64,000 nucleotides of DNA from an uncultured Gammaproteobacteria bacterium (GCA_964510885.1 CAZEDL010000004.1:3182-67181), one strand, 5' to 3'. Counted from the stretch's first letter, positions 47,916 to 57,779 are shown. The notes: generated by a model not told the origin, from the sequence alone. Made by a program: numbers and translations.

Positions 47916-48944
47916 ATGCCTAAGCGTCATTTTCTCCTGGCTTCACCTACCATGTTGGAGACCGCTCTGGAAACCCAGCAGTCACTGATTGCCATGGGCG
48001 ACGAGCGTTTCGAAGTCGCAGAAATCGAATGTGCAACATTCACCGATCGTGAAAGATGGGTCCGGGTCCCAAAAGGTCTACAACTATCGACTGCCGTACC
48101 CATACTTGAGAGCTGTACTGACCCCAATGCAGACCTGTGGCAACAGCTCTTCACGATAGATGCACTAGAAGGTGCCGGGGTCAGCCACACCATCCTGTGC
48201 ACACCTAAACTAGTTTACGACCGAGCTGACCGAGTCGCGAACCCAGGGGAAGCTCTCAGCATGGCAGTGGTAGCCGGATGCTTCAAGCAGTTCCGAACCC
48301 TACGATCCATCGTATGCGTAGAGCCGCACGCCCTACAGATCGCCGGTTTCTACCGCCCCATCACACTTGTGCCTGTGAAGAGCTCCGATATCATGGCTCG
48401 GTACTTCACGGAGTTATTAGGGGGCGACCTAAACCAGGTTGCAGTCGTGTCCCCTGACGCAGGCGCGCTCAAGCGGGCCAGAAAATTCAGGAACCGCCTG
48501 AAGCTGCGCACTGCTGTAGGGAGTTTGGACAAAGATCGTATCGATGCCACCACTGTGGTGATCCTCGGCTACTCCGGCGACCCAAAAGACATCATGGGCA
48601 AAATCGTCATCCTCTATGACGACATGATCGCGAGTGGGAGCACTGCCATCGAAGCAGCCCAATACCTGATGGAGCTTGGAGCTCGTCAGGTCTACATCGT
48701 GGCTACCCACGGCATCTTCACTCCAAGTCAACGCAAAGACGAGGAGAGACTCTACACCGCCGAAGAACGATTTGAAGCAGCAGGCTTCCCTGTGGTCTTC
48801 ACCAGGACTGTCCCCAAAAAGGAAGGCTGGTATGCAGCGAACCGATGGGCAACAGCACTCCCCATCGGCCAACTTCTAGCCAAAAACATTCACAATATGA
48901 CCACTCCTGGCGGAAGCAACCGCGAAAACTTCGCAGCCCACTAG
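47916..48944 (+). CDS. prs: ribose-phosphate pyrophosphokinase-like (PRPP synthetase family), divergent
   Basis: PRPP-binding loop VILYDDMIASGSTAIEAA and N-terminal Prs-like R5P region (TIDALEGAGVSHTILCTPKLVYDRADR). Visibly GC-richer. Confidence 0.55.
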   Translation: MPKRHFLLASPTMLETALETQQSLIAMGDERFEVAEIECATFTDRERWVRVPKGLQLSTAVPILESCTDPNADLWQQLFTIDALEGAGVSHTILCTPKLVYDRADRVANPGEALSMAVVAGCFKQFRTLRSIVCVEPHALQIAGFYRPITLVPVKSSDIMARYFTELLGGDLNQVAVVSPDAGALKRARKFRNRLKLRTAVGSLDKDRIDATTVVILGYSGDPKDIMGKIVILYDDMIASGSTAIEAAQYLMELGARQVYIVATHGIFTPSQRKDEERLYTAEERFEAAGFPVVFTRTVPKKEGWYAANRWATALPIGQLLAKNIHNMTTPGGSNRENFAAH

Positions 48945-49000
48945 CCCCAGCTCATTCCCCCGGTCGAGCCTCCGTCCCCTCCCACCCCTCGACCAAAACC

Positions 49001-49031
49001 AAAAACACTCCGAATGATTCGGAGTGTTTTT
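49001..49031. terminator. bidirectional intrinsic terminator
   Basis: AAAAACACTCCGAA-TGA-TTCGGAGTGTTTTT. Confidence 0.7.
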
Positions 49032-49045
49032 GTATTCTAACAAAA

Positions 49046-49603
49046 TTATTTTAACCGACCGTGTCTAACCATATACGCCAAGCGCACCACCGCATACGCG
49101 ATAAAATTATTCTCTATTTCTCCTTCAAGAGCCATTTTTTCTGCCTGCTTTATCGGTACAAACCGCCTCTCCAAAATTTCTTCCCCGACATCAAGTGGCA
49201 ACGGGCTCAGCGACAAATCCGTCGCCAAAAAAAGATACACCGGCCAAATCATTTTATCCGAATCCACCGCCTGTTTCCATTGCACCCATTTTTTGGCAGC
49301 ATAGCCCCCTTCTTCGCGGAGCTCACGTTGCGCCGCCTTGCGTGGCAGCTCCTTTTTTTCTACCTGACCAGCGGGTAAAAACCACTCTATCTTTCCATTC
49401 CCAGCGCGACGCTCTCGAATCAATAACAACTCTTGCTTAGTGTTCAGCGCCAAAATGAGCACGCTCGCCGGCCGACTGCAATATTCAAACGTGTCCTTTT
49501 TTCCATTCGGCAACACCACCGGCCGCTGATAAATTGTAAAAATTTTTCCCTGGTACTTTTTCTGTAGTGACCCAAATTTAATTTTTTTAACCATAAAAAT
49601 CAA
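49046..49603 (-). CDS. NUDIX hydrolase
   Basis: Nudix box AGQVEKKELPRKAAQRELREEGG. Confidence 0.7.
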   Translation of the reverse strand: MIFMVKKIKFGSLQKKYQGKIFTIYQRPVVLPNGKKDTFEYCSRPASVLILALNTKQELLLIRERRAGNGKIEWFLPAGQVEKKELPRKAAQRELREEGGYAAKKWVQWKQAVDSDKMIWPVYLFLATDLSLSPLPLDVGEEILERRFVPIKQAEKMALEGEIENNFIAYAVVRLAYMVRHGRLK

Positions 49604-49691
49604 ATTGTCATTCCCGCGTAGGCGGGAATCTACAATTCAAAACGAGAAGTAAAGCGACTGGATTCCCGCCTACGCGGGAATGACACCAATT
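49603..49691. repeat. GTCATTCCCGCG-family palindromic MITE-like element (near-perfect 25-bp TIRs)
   Basis: TGTCATTCCCGCGTAGGCGGGAATC ... GGATTCCCGCCTACGCGGGAATGACA. Confidence 0.8.
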
Positions 49692-49734
49692 TTTATTATT
49701 TCCTATTCCTTGTTCCTTGCTCTTTGTTCCTTTA

Positions 49735-51030
49735 TCAATACCGATAATGCCCGGGCTTGAACGGCCCATTCGCCGGTACACCCAGATACTCGGCCTGTTT
49801 TTTGGTCAACGCGGTCAACTTCGCCCCTAATTTATCCAAGTGCAACCGCGCCACTTCTTCATCCAGCTCTTTCGGGAGTACATACACTTTCCCCTGTTCA
49901 TATTCCCCTTTATTATCCCACAGAGCAAGCTGCGCCAAGACCTGATTGGTAAACGACGTGCTCATCACAAAACTCGGGTGCCCATGCGCATTTCCGAGAT
50001 TCACGAGCCGACCTCGTGATAATAAAATCAGCGCTTTACCATTGTCCCAAATAAATTTATCTACCTGAGGCTTAATATTTTCTTCCGTAATATTTTTTTG
50101 GCTGGTGAGCCAAGCCACATCGATTTCACTATCAAAATGACCAATATTGCACACAATCGCGCCATCTTTCATAGCAGTCATATGTTCGCCCGTAATCACA
50201 TCACAGCAGCCAGTTGCCGTGACAAAAATATCCCCGACAGCGGCCGCCTCATCCATAGTGACCACTTCATACCCTTCCATGGCAGCCTGAAGCGCATTGA
50301 TCGGATCGATCTCAGTGACCAGCACCCGCGCCCCAAACCCGTGCATACTCTGCGCACAGCCCTTGCCCACGTCGCCAAATCCGGCCACCACCACCACTTT
50401 CCCCGCAATCATAATATCCGTGGCGCGCTTGATACCGTCGGCCAAACTTTCGCGACAGCCGTATTTATTATCAAATTTCGATTTGGTTACTGAATCATTC
50501 ACATTGATAGCCGCCGTGCCGAGAGTCTTCTTTTCCATCATCTGGTACAACCGGTGCACGCCAGTGGTCGTTTCTTCCGACACCCCTTTAATATCCTTCA
50601 GCATCTCTGGATGCTTCTCATGCACGAGCACAGTCAAATCACCACCGTCATCAAGTAGCATATTCGGCCCTTTGCCGCCGGCAAACTTCAAACTCTCCTC
50701 GACACACCGCCAATACTCGGCTTCACTTTCACCTTTCCAGGCAAACACCGGGATGCCGGCTGCCGCAATCGCTGCTGCCGCATGATCCTGGGTCGAAAAA
50801 ATATTACAGCTACTCCAGCGCACTTCGGCACCAAGCTCCACTAATGTTTCGATGAGCACGGCCGTCTGAATTGTCATATGCAAACAACCGGCAATTCGCG
50901 CCCCCTTCAAAGGCTTCTTTTTCCCGTGCTGCTGGCGCAGAGCCATAAGCCCAGGCATTTCCTTCTCGGCTAAAATAATCTCTTTGCGCCCCCAGTCGGC
51001 CAGCTTAATATCTGCTACTTTATAATCCAT
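49735..51030 (-). CDS. ahcY: adenosylhomocysteinase
   Basis: [32 protein letters not shown] ... NAD-binding GxGxxG ... C-terminal YRY. Confidence 0.95.
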   Translation of the reverse strand: MDYKVADIKLADWGRKEIILAEKEMPGLMALRQQHGKKKPLKGARIAGCLHMTIQTAVLIETLVELGAEVRWSSCNIFSTQDHAAAAIAAAGIPVFAWKGESEAEYWRCVEESLKFAGGKGPNMLLDDGGDLTVLVHEKHPEMLKDIKGVSEETTTGVHRLYQMMEKKTLGTAAINVNDSVTKSKFDNKYGCRESLADGIKRATDIMIAGKVVVVAGFGDVGKGCAQSMHGFGARVLVTEIDPINALQAAMEGYEVVTMDEAAAVGDIFVTATGCCDVITGEHMTAMKDGAIVCNIGHFDSEIDVAWLTSQKNITEENIKPQVDKFIWDNGKALILLSRGRLVNLGNAHGHPSFVMSTSFTNQVLAQLALWDNKGEYEQGKVYVLPKELDEEVARLHLDKLGAKLTALTKKQAEYLGVPANGPFKPGHYRY

Positions 51031-51066
51031 ACATTTTAATTTTCAATTTATAATTTACAATTTTCA

Positions 51067-51741
51067 CTACCTTACCCGATGCGCACTATGATGCACCCGA
51101 TGCGGAGCTACAGCGCGACGCGGCTTTTTGCCAGATTTCGCAGCTCCCTTTGCCGAATCACCCGAGCGGGTAAATTCTTCTTTAAAAATCCGCACGATAA
51201 AAAAACTGCCAAGCACGGACATGACCCCCACCGCCACAAACAAAAACCGGAATGAAAATTGTTCGGCAATATACCCCCCGAGCCCAGCCGCAGCAGCCGT
51301 TGCCAAACTAATAATCGTATCGTAGACCCCCCATTCATAACCCTGCCGGTCGCGGTTCATGAACCGGGTAAAAATGATGCGCCAACTCGGGAACGACAAT
51401 GCCCCACCGAGCCCGTACAAAAATTGAATCAAATACAATTGCCACAAGGTGGTAGACAGAGCATACCCAAATGGCACAATCGAAATCAAGAGTGACCCGA
51501 TAAACAAAGTTTTTAATTCCCGCCGGTGCCCCTTGTCTTCATCATCCCATTTCCCCACCAGCACCTGAAACGCCGCTTTGGTAAACAACTGAATGGTGAG
51601 CGCCATACCGACCGAAGTCAGCGTGGTACCAGCAATCCCCTGCACCACAAACACGGCAAAAATGGGCTGCAAGAGACCAAAGCTGCCCAAAATAAAAATA
51701 TCCGAAATGATGAGGGTGCGTAAAACACTATGCATTCTCAT
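51067..51741 (-). CDS. MFS-transporter N-terminal half (6 TM), apparently truncated
   Basis: Motif-A-like GKWDDEDKGHRRELKTL between TM2 and TM3. Only 6 TM helices. The C-terminal half is absent, since the upstream gene abuts. Confidence 0.45.
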   Translation of the reverse strand: MRMHSVLRTLIISDIFILGSFGLLQPIFAVFVVQGIAGTTLTSVGMALTIQLFTKAAFQVLVGKWDDEDKGHRRELKTLFIGSLLISIVPFGYALSTTLWQLYLIQFLYGLGGALSFPSWRIIFTRFMNRDRQGYEWGVYDTIISLATAAAAGLGGYIAEQFSFRFLFVAVGVMSVLGSFFIVRIFKEEFTRSGDSAKGAAKSGKKPRRAVAPHRVHHSAHRVR

Positions 51742-51750
51742 AGCTAATAA

Positions 51751-52695
51751 TTACCAAGTGAGTTCATGACCATATGCCCGCTTAAACCGGGCTTTAAATT
51801 CATCGATTGTAAAGGTGTGTTTCTGCGTGCCATACGTTTCAATCGCATAGCTGGCCGCCACGCTGCCAACTTCGGCGCACTCTTTCCAGCCGAGTCCCTT
51901 TTGCTGCGCTGCCCAAAAACCAGCGCGATACGCATCCCCAGCTCCGGTCGGATCATCGCACGATTGCGGCGCGCACGCCGCCACCTGGATTGGTTCCTGC
52001 CCGCGCACAGTCACAATCGATCCCTGCTCGCCAAGCGTAGTAATCAAAACTTCCGTCTGCTCGAGCATTTCTCGCCCACTCCAACCCGTGCGCTCTTCGA
52101 GCAGTTTCATTTCATAATCATTCCCAATCACCGCATATGATTGCGACACCATTTGCTTCAATTCCACTTCGTTAAAGGCAATAATTTGCTGACCCGGATC
52201 AAACACTGTTTTTATTCCGAGCTCCTTGGCTTCTTTTAAATGCTTAGTCATCACATCGCGGTGGGTAGGGCTCACAAACGCGAGTGTCGGCCGGGGTGTA
52301 ACGGTGGAAAGCGCAACATCAGCCGCACTCTGTAGCGGCCCCGGAAAAAAGGCCGTGATCTGATTGTCATCGCGATCGGTAGTGATGTATCCAGCAGCCG
52401 AAAACACATTAGGGTCTGTGACTATATGTTCGGTATGAATGCCCATCTGCTCAAAATGATCGCGATATTCAGCCGCATCTTTGCCAAGTGCCGACACAAT
52501 GATCGGCTCAGCCCCTAGGAGTTTCAGGGTATAGGCAATATTGCCAGCGGTGCCACCCCGGCTCTGTTCCAACCGATCCACCATAAAACTCACATTCAGG
52601 ATATGGATTTGTTCGGGCAGAATATGATTTTTGAAACTGTCCGGAAAGCCCATGATGTAATCGTAGGCGAGCGAGCCAGAGACCAGAATAGACAT
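51751..52695 (-). CDS. PfkB-family carbohydrate/nucleoside kinase (adenosine-kinase-like)
   Basis: GGTAGNIAYTLKLLG ... DPTGAGDAYRAGF. Adjacent to ahcY. Confidence 0.8.
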   Translation of the reverse strand: MSILVSGSLAYDYIMGFPDSFKNHILPEQIHILNVSFMVDRLEQSRGGTAGNIAYTLKLLGAEPIIVSALGKDAAEYRDHFEQMGIHTEHIVTDPNVFSAAGYITTDRDDNQITAFFPGPLQSAADVALSTVTPRPTLAFVSPTHRDVMTKHLKEAKELGIKTVFDPGQQIIAFNEVELKQMVSQSYAVIGNDYEMKLLEERTGWSGREMLEQTEVLITTLGEQGSIVTVRGQEPIQVAACAPQSCDDPTGAGDAYRAGFWAAQQKGLGWKECAEVGSVAASYAIETYGTQKHTFTIDEFKARFKRAYGHELTW

Positions 52696-52812
52696 ATCAT
52701 GAATGATTAAAAAATTGTCGATTTCGCCCTCAGCATATCAAAAAGAGTAAACATTGTCTAACAAAAATCTTCCAGTTTAAGTCTCCGAAAATGGCTAAAC
52801 GGAATTGGTTCG

Positions 52813-52897
52813 GTGTCATTCCCGCGCAGGCGGGAATCCAGAAAAGCAAGGCCGGGGTTAAAAGTGACCGTGGATTCCCGCCTGCGCGGGAATGACA
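52813..52897. repeat. GTCATTCCCGCG-family palindromic MITE-like element
   Basis: GTGTCATTCCCGCGCAGGCGGGAATCCA ... TGGATTCCCGCCTGCGCGGGAATGACA. Confidence 0.8.
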
Positions 52898-52991
52898 ATT
52901 AAAAAATCTCTCCAATTAAGGAGAGACGACAATCAGTTGGGGAACCCGCGGGCGACGATGGTCGCCCGGGGTGGGGGTCAGGTGGGTGGGC

Positions 52992-53321
52992 TTAAGCGAA
53001 GACGGGAGAGAGGAACCTGGCCTCGATCTCAGCAATCTGCGCCTCGAGGAGGAGGCGGACACGCGGATCGTAGGTGTGGCGCTTCAGGTTGCGGCCAGCG
53101 GTCAGCAGACCAATGTCGGCCTTGCGACGCTGCTTCGAGGAGCGAGCACACAAGGCATCCTTCTTAGCCCGCTCGAACCGAAGAGTGAGGATCTCGAGGT
53201 GGTTGGCACGAGCGACCACCTCACTGATCCGTCGGCGACGGCGCTGGTCCCGACGACCTCCGACCCGAAAGTCAGACGAGGTGCAACGACTGTTTCCTGA
53301 ACTTCCATTATGACGTGGCAA
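52992..53321 (-). CDS. small highly basic hypothetical protein in a very GC-rich patch (TTG start after AAGGAGG)
   Basis: RBS AAGGAGG, 5 nt, then TTG. Product MPRHNGSS...RRDQRRRRRISEVVARANHLEILTLRFERAKKDALC... The local GC is far above its surroundings. Confidence 0.35.
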   Translation of the reverse strand: MPRHNGSSGNSRCTSSDFRVGGRRDQRRRRRISEVVARANHLEILTLRFERAKKDALCARSSKQRRKADIGLLTAGRNLKRHTYDPRVRLLLEAQIAEIEARFLSPVFA

Positions 53322-53580
53322 AAGCGCCTCCTTATAAAAACCGGCTATAGCCGGCGACACAAATTGCATAAAAAAACTCTATATCATTTGTATCACCGAC
53401 TATTTTCACCTGATTATAAAGCAAAAAACCTCTTTGATAAGGGATTTTTTAGCATTTATAACAATAGAGTGTGACACATTTAAAGAATTTTGTCAACCCA
53501 TAAAAACGCACAGCCAAGCCTAAATAATTCTTGACAACCAAGTACAGTTAGATACCATATGAGAAATAAAAATTTACATT

Positions 53581-53949
53581 ATGCTTCCTTATACCTTCAC
53601 CGCTCCAGTGGTCGCCGGCCACGGCAATGGCGACAAACTAAACGCCCCCACCGCCAATTTTGATCTTTCGTTTGCCACCTCGCTCCAGCGCGGGCTCTAC
53701 ACCTGCACCGCCGCCATGAATGATCAAACTTTCAACGGCCTACTATACTATGGCCACAACTCACTTACCGGCACAGACTGTTTCGAAGTACACTTACTGA
53801 ATTTTTCAGGAAACTTATACGAAAAAAAAATAACGGTCACCGTTGACCGTTATATTCGGCAAGAAAAAAAATTTACTGACGAGGCCAGTCTCAAAGCTCA
53901 AATCGCTACCGATCTTAGCACTGCTGCAGATTATTTTTCCAAAAAATAA
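53581..53949 (+). CDS. riboflavin kinase (monofunctional flavokinase domain)
   Basis: APVVAGHGNGDKLNAPTANFDL ... EVHLLNFSGNLYEKKITV matches the RibF C-terminal kinase domain. Confidence 0.7.
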   Translation: MLPYTFTAPVVAGHGNGDKLNAPTANFDLSFATSLQRGLYTCTAAMNDQTFNGLLYYGHNSLTGTDCFEVHLLNFSGNLYEKKITVTVDRYIRQEKKFTDEASLKAQIATDLSTAADYFSKK

Positions 53950-54606
53950 TTAAAACCGGCCGCCGACTCCACCCACCACGATCGCTCCGCCCGTCACTCC
54001 GTTATGGTCACTTTCGGCTCCAGGCACGTTAGCCCCTTTCCCCACCACACCTTTTACATCGGCACCAAGCACCAATTTATCGCCAACCAAGTGGGCTTCG
54101 GCACGCACACCGAGAAAAGCTTCTCCCCCCGGAGCTGTCATGCCTGGCCGTAAATCAAGCACTCCTCCAGCTTTTGGCCCCACATAAATCGGAGCTTTCC
54201 CAGTTTTAAATAAAATCGAGGCTTCTGCCCCCACTTCACCGCCGCCAACACCATTTTTATCAAATTTAACTCCACCAAGCACTGCTCCCCCAACGAGCGC
54301 TTCGCCCGGCTTGCCTGGTCGAACATGGGTTTCGGCCCCGACCGCTGCCACGAGCGCACCACTTCCGTGGGTGCTCCCCTCCAAATTAAGATCGACGGTT
54401 ACAGTTGGCCGATGTTTCTCTTTGTGATGACCGGCCTCAGACTTCTTGGCAACTGTCTCCGTACGAGCAGCCGGATGCGTTTCGGCTTGGGCCTTGCTTA
54501 CCTCACCTCCGCTAAGAGCAGCGGCGAGGGCGGCAGCCGCAGCAAATTCTGGTCCTCGTCTCATATAGTTAAAAATAAAGGATAAAAGCATCCTACTATT
54601 CCACAA
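53950..54606 (-). CDS. secreted Gly-rich repeat protein (hypothetical)
   Basis: Signal peptide, then GG/GxG-rich repeats. GC-rich. Confidence 0.4.
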   Translation of the reverse strand: MWNSRMLLSFIFNYMRRGPEFAAAAALAAALSGGEVSKAQAETHPAARTETVAKKSEAGHHKEKHRPTVTVDLNLEGSTHGSGALVAAVGAETHVRPGKPGEALVGGAVLGGVKFDKNGVGGGEVGAEASILFKTGKAPIYVGPKAGGVLDLRPGMTAPGGEAFLGVRAEAHLVGDKLVLGADVKGVVGKGANVPGAESDHNGVTGGAIVVGGVGGRF

Positions 54607-54662
54607 AACACCGCATTTGTCAATCTATTTTTTAAAAAATACCTGTAATTAGGGCCTTTATT

Positions 54663-55439
54663 CTAAAAAATAAACCACCAAAGTGCCAGCGCCGCCACTA
54701 TCCGATAGATTCCAAACACTTGAAACGAATGACTGCGCACATACCTCAAAAGCCACTTCACCACCCCGAGAGCTACTACAAATGACACTATAAATCCCAC
54801 TGCCAAGACCAATCGCCCCTCAGGAACCAACAGCTCTTTATAATTTTTAATCACATCAAGGCCGCTTGCCGCCGCCATCGTCGGAATTGCGAGTAAAAAA
54901 GAAAATTCCACCGCTGACTCCCGACTAAATCCAAGTGCCATCGACCCCACAATCGTGGCCCCCGAACGCGACACCCCCGGAATCATTGCTACTGCCTGGC
55001 TAAGGCCAATAATCACTGCCTGCCGATAACTCATCTCGCCAAGCGACTTGGGGGCAACCTCCTGCTTCCGTACCAGCCGCTCAAAAACGATTAATACCAC
55101 GCCCCCGATAGCCAAAGCGCCAATCACCACCGCCACATTTCCGAGTAAGTACTGTTTAATTATTTTATAAAACAAGAGACCCAGTGCCCCCGTTGGTAAA
55201 AATGCGACCGCCACTTTTTTTAACAACGGCCAATCAACCAAGAGGCGTCGCGCATACAACACCACGATCGCCAAAATCGCACCCAGCTGGATCACCACCT
55301 CAAAGCTCTTCATGAATTCCGAATTCGGCAGCTTGAGTAGCGCTCCGGCAGCAATCAAATGTCCAGTCGAGGAGATCGGCAAAAATTCCGTCACTCCTTC
55401 TATTATCCCCAAAACTACTGCCTGAAAAATAGATGGCAT
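54663..55439 (-). CDS. uppP: undecaprenyl-diphosphatase
   Basis: AVVLGIIEGVTEFLPISSTGHL and 8 TM helices. Confidence 0.85.
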   Translation of the reverse strand: MPSIFQAVVLGIIEGVTEFLPISSTGHLIAAGALLKLPNSEFMKSFEVVIQLGAILAIVVLYARRLLVDWPLLKKVAVAFLPTGALGLLFYKIIKQYLLGNVAVVIGALAIGGVVLIVFERLVRKQEVAPKSLGEMSYRQAVIIGLSQAVAMIPGVSRSGATIVGSMALGFSRESAVEFSFLLAIPTMAAASGLDVIKNYKELLVPEGRLVLAVGFIVSFVVALGVVKWLLRYVRSHSFQVFGIYRIVAALALWWFIF

Positions 55440-55485
55440 ATTTAAAAATTTTATAAACTTCTTAGTCCCGATGGACTTAGTCAAA

Positions 55486-55631
55486 ACTTACGCGCTTGGG
55501 ACAATTGTCATCCTGAACGTAGTGAAGGATCCCTTAACGCTAACTTATTACTACTGTTAACTATAAGGGATTCCCCCAAAGGGACGGCTCCGGGGTTCGT
55601 TTCACTCAGAATAACAGTTGAACGGGTAAGT
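55486..55631. repeat. MITE-like palindromic element (TGTCATCCTGAACGTAGTGAAGG family) with outer AACTTACGCG/CGGGTAAGT TIRs
   Basis: TGTCATCCTGAACGTAGTGAAGGATCCCTTAACGCTAAC...TATAAGGGATTCCC...GGGTTCGTTTCACTCAGAATAACAG. Confidence 0.7.
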
Positions 55632-55645
55632 CGTGTTAGTAAAAA

Positions 55646-56257
55646 CTACTTATTCAAAATCTTCTCCTCTTTCCGTGCGATCAAAATCGCCGCCACCGCC
55701 ACTATCAATCCCAAAAACAAGACTTGCAGCGTCCCCGTCAAATGCCGCGCCCGCTCCCACGCCTGCCCAAAAAAATAACCAAACAAAATATAGGTCGGCG
55801 CAAACAGCAGCGCACTCGTTATATTATACAAAAAAAATTCCCGGCTGCGCATCTTGGTAAGCCCGGCCACAAACGGAATCACCGGCCGGAGCGGCCCGAT
55901 AAACCGGGCCAGCACCACACTCTTGTTACCATTCCGTTCAAAAAATCGCACCCCTTTATCGAGATATTCTAGCTTAAACCAACGGCTACCCGGCGTAAAC
56001 CACACTGTCCCCTGGCGGCCCAAATAAAAGCTAATCGCATCCCCAATCACGCTCCCGATAATAACCGGGATCATCAAATCCACCACTCCCACCCGGCCCT
56101 GAGCTGCAAAAATTCCGACCACAATAATAATGGTAGTACCCGGTACAAACAAGCCAATAAATGCCAACGACTCCAAGATTGAAACAAAAAACAACAGGCC
56201 GTAAATCCACGGGCCGGCCTGTTGAAAAGTAGTCAGTAAAAAATGAATCGGACGCAT
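55646..56257 (-). CDS. DedA/SNARE-associated family membrane protein
   Basis: FFERNGNKSVVLARFIGPLRPVIPFVAGLTKMR. Confidence 0.8.
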   Translation of the reverse strand: MRPIHFLLTTFQQAGPWIYGLLFFVSILESLAFIGLFVPGTTIIIVVGIFAAQGRVGVVDLMIPVIIGSVIGDAISFYLGRQGTVWFTPGSRWFKLEYLDKGVRFFERNGNKSVVLARFIGPLRPVIPFVAGLTKMRSREFFLYNITSALLFAPTYILFGYFFGQAWERARHLTGTLQVLFLGLIVAVAAILIARKEEKILNK

Positions 56258-56283
56258 AGGCTACGGTGTCGGCACAATTACCG

Positions 56284-56838
56284 CTACCGCTCACTTCTAT
56301 TAAAACGTTCCTGCAACCAGCGAAACAACCCCTGGTATTGTTCATCATGTGGTACTAGGCTCTCATCTCGGTCACCAACTAATCGAGCCAATTCTTCATG
56401 ATGCACAAACCGCACCGCCGCCACTTCGTCGGCCTGAAGCACACATGCTTCAATCGGTGTATCTATTTCTGCCGCATACACGTGGGCCAATTCCCGGGCC
56501 GGATGCAGACGATCAGGAAACGGAAAAATCTCTTTGGTAGTAAATAAAAAGGTAAACGCGTCTTCTGGCACATCAAGGCCAATCTCTTCGAGAGTCTCCT
56601 GCCGGGCGGTAGCCAGAGGCGTCGCCCCAGCCACCACATGCCCCGCACTCGAGCTATTCCACTTCAGCGGATTACCATCTTTATGCACCGAACGCTGCTG
56701 AATTAGCACCTCACCGTGCCGGTTAAACAACCATACATCCACAGTCAGATGCCAATCACCATCGCGATGCACCTCATGACGCGGTTTTACCTCTCCCGTT
56801 GGGTTCCCCGCTTCATCACACACTTCTAGATATTCCAT
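56284..56838 (-). CDS. NUDIX hydrolase (candidate dihydroneopterin-triphosphate pyrophosphatase by context)
   Basis: Nudix box GHVVAGATPLATARQETLEEIGL. Divergently adjacent to the folate cluster. Confidence 0.6.
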   Translation of the reverse strand: MEYLEVCDEAGNPTGEVKPRHEVHRDGDWHLTVDVWLFNRHGEVLIQQRSVHKDGNPLKWNSSSAGHVVAGATPLATARQETLEEIGLDVPEDAFTFLFTTKEIFPFPDRLHPARELAHVYAAEIDTPIEACVLQADEVAAVRFVHHEELARLVGDRDESLVPHDEQYQGLFRWLQERFNRSER

Positions 56839-56987
56839 ACCATTATACTCGACGTTCCGGAGCGTAAATAAAAATAACGCTAGACATTTTTTAACGTTAT
56901 CACACCCGCACCTAGAATACTAGTCAAGCGCTTGTCAGAGATACCTAAATAAGCTATATTTCCGCTTGTAATTCTTAGCCTTTTTCT

Positions 56988-57674
56988 ATGCAAAATAGCG
57001 ATCTCGTCACCAGACTACAATCCCTCATTGCCGACAAACACCTGCTCCAGCACCCCTTCTATCAGCACTGGGAAAAAGGCACTCTCCCCAAAGAAGTACT
57101 GGCCAAATATGCCGAACAATATTACCACTTAGAACGCAACTTCCCCCGCTTCCTCAGCCAGATCCACACCAACTGCGATGACCCAGCCCTCCGCCAGACC
57201 ATTACCGACAATCTATACGACGAAGAGCATGGCCAGAATAACCACCGCGAGCTCTGGCTGCGCTTTGCCGAGGCCGTGGGTGCATCCCGGGCAGAAGTAG
57301 AAAATTCTGTTCCGCTGCCAGAAACGGAGGCCACCCTCCACACTTTCACCACGCTTAGCCAAACGTCATCTTTGGCCGGCATCTCTGGCCTCGCTGCCTA
57401 CGAACACCAGATTCCAGCTGTCGCCACCAAAAAAATCGAGGGCTTAGAAAAAAATTACGGTATTACCGATGATCGCGGGCTAGCCTTCTTTCGAGTACAT
57501 GGCATAGTTGATGTCGATCATGCCAATGCCTGGTGGGACGCGATCGCTAAAGACGCCACCACTCCGGAACAAGCCGCGGAAGCAGAGCAGAGCGTGATCA
57601 CTGGACGCGATGCCCTGTGGAATTTTTTAACCGGTGTCTGCCGCGCCTATTTCCCACAAGCTTTGGCTTGTTAA
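56988..57674 (+). CDS. CADD/PqqC/TenA-like haem-oxygenase-like di-iron protein (candidate self-sacrificing pABA synthase)
   Basis: All-alpha 228 aa with E..H pairs (EEHGQNNHRELW, AAYEHQIP, HGIVDVDHANAWWD). Lies directly upstream of folP, as CADD-type pABA synthases do. Confidence 0.55.
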   Translation: MQNSDLVTRLQSLIADKHLLQHPFYQHWEKGTLPKEVLAKYAEQYYHLERNFPRFLSQIHTNCDDPALRQTITDNLYDEEHGQNNHRELWLRFAEAVGASRAEVENSVPLPETEATLHTFTTLSQTSSLAGISGLAAYEHQIPAVATKKIEGLEKNYGITDDRGLAFFRVHGIVDVDHANAWWDAIAKDATTPEQAAEAEQSVITGRDALWNFLTGVCRAYFPQALAC

Positions 57675-57695
57675 GAGCTTGAAGAGCTATACAGC

Positions 57696-57750
57696 TGTCA
57701 TTCTCGCGCATCCGCCTCCGCCATTTGGCGGATGGCGGAGGGAATCCAGC
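57696..57750. repeat. GTCATTC-family palindromic hairpin element
   Basis: TGTCATTCTCGCGCATCCGCCTCCGCCA-TT-TGGCGGATGGCGGAGGGAATCC. Confidence 0.65.
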
Positions 57751-57779
57751 AATCACCATAGACGTCGAAACTAAAAAAC

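Noticed and set aside
53330-53580. Looked for an FMN riboswitch upstream of the riboflavin kinase and near ribH.
   Set aside because: No match to the conserved FMN aptamer core (no GGATAGTGAAAGGGAAC or CCGACGGTATAGTCCGG-type segments). The region is simply AT-rich.
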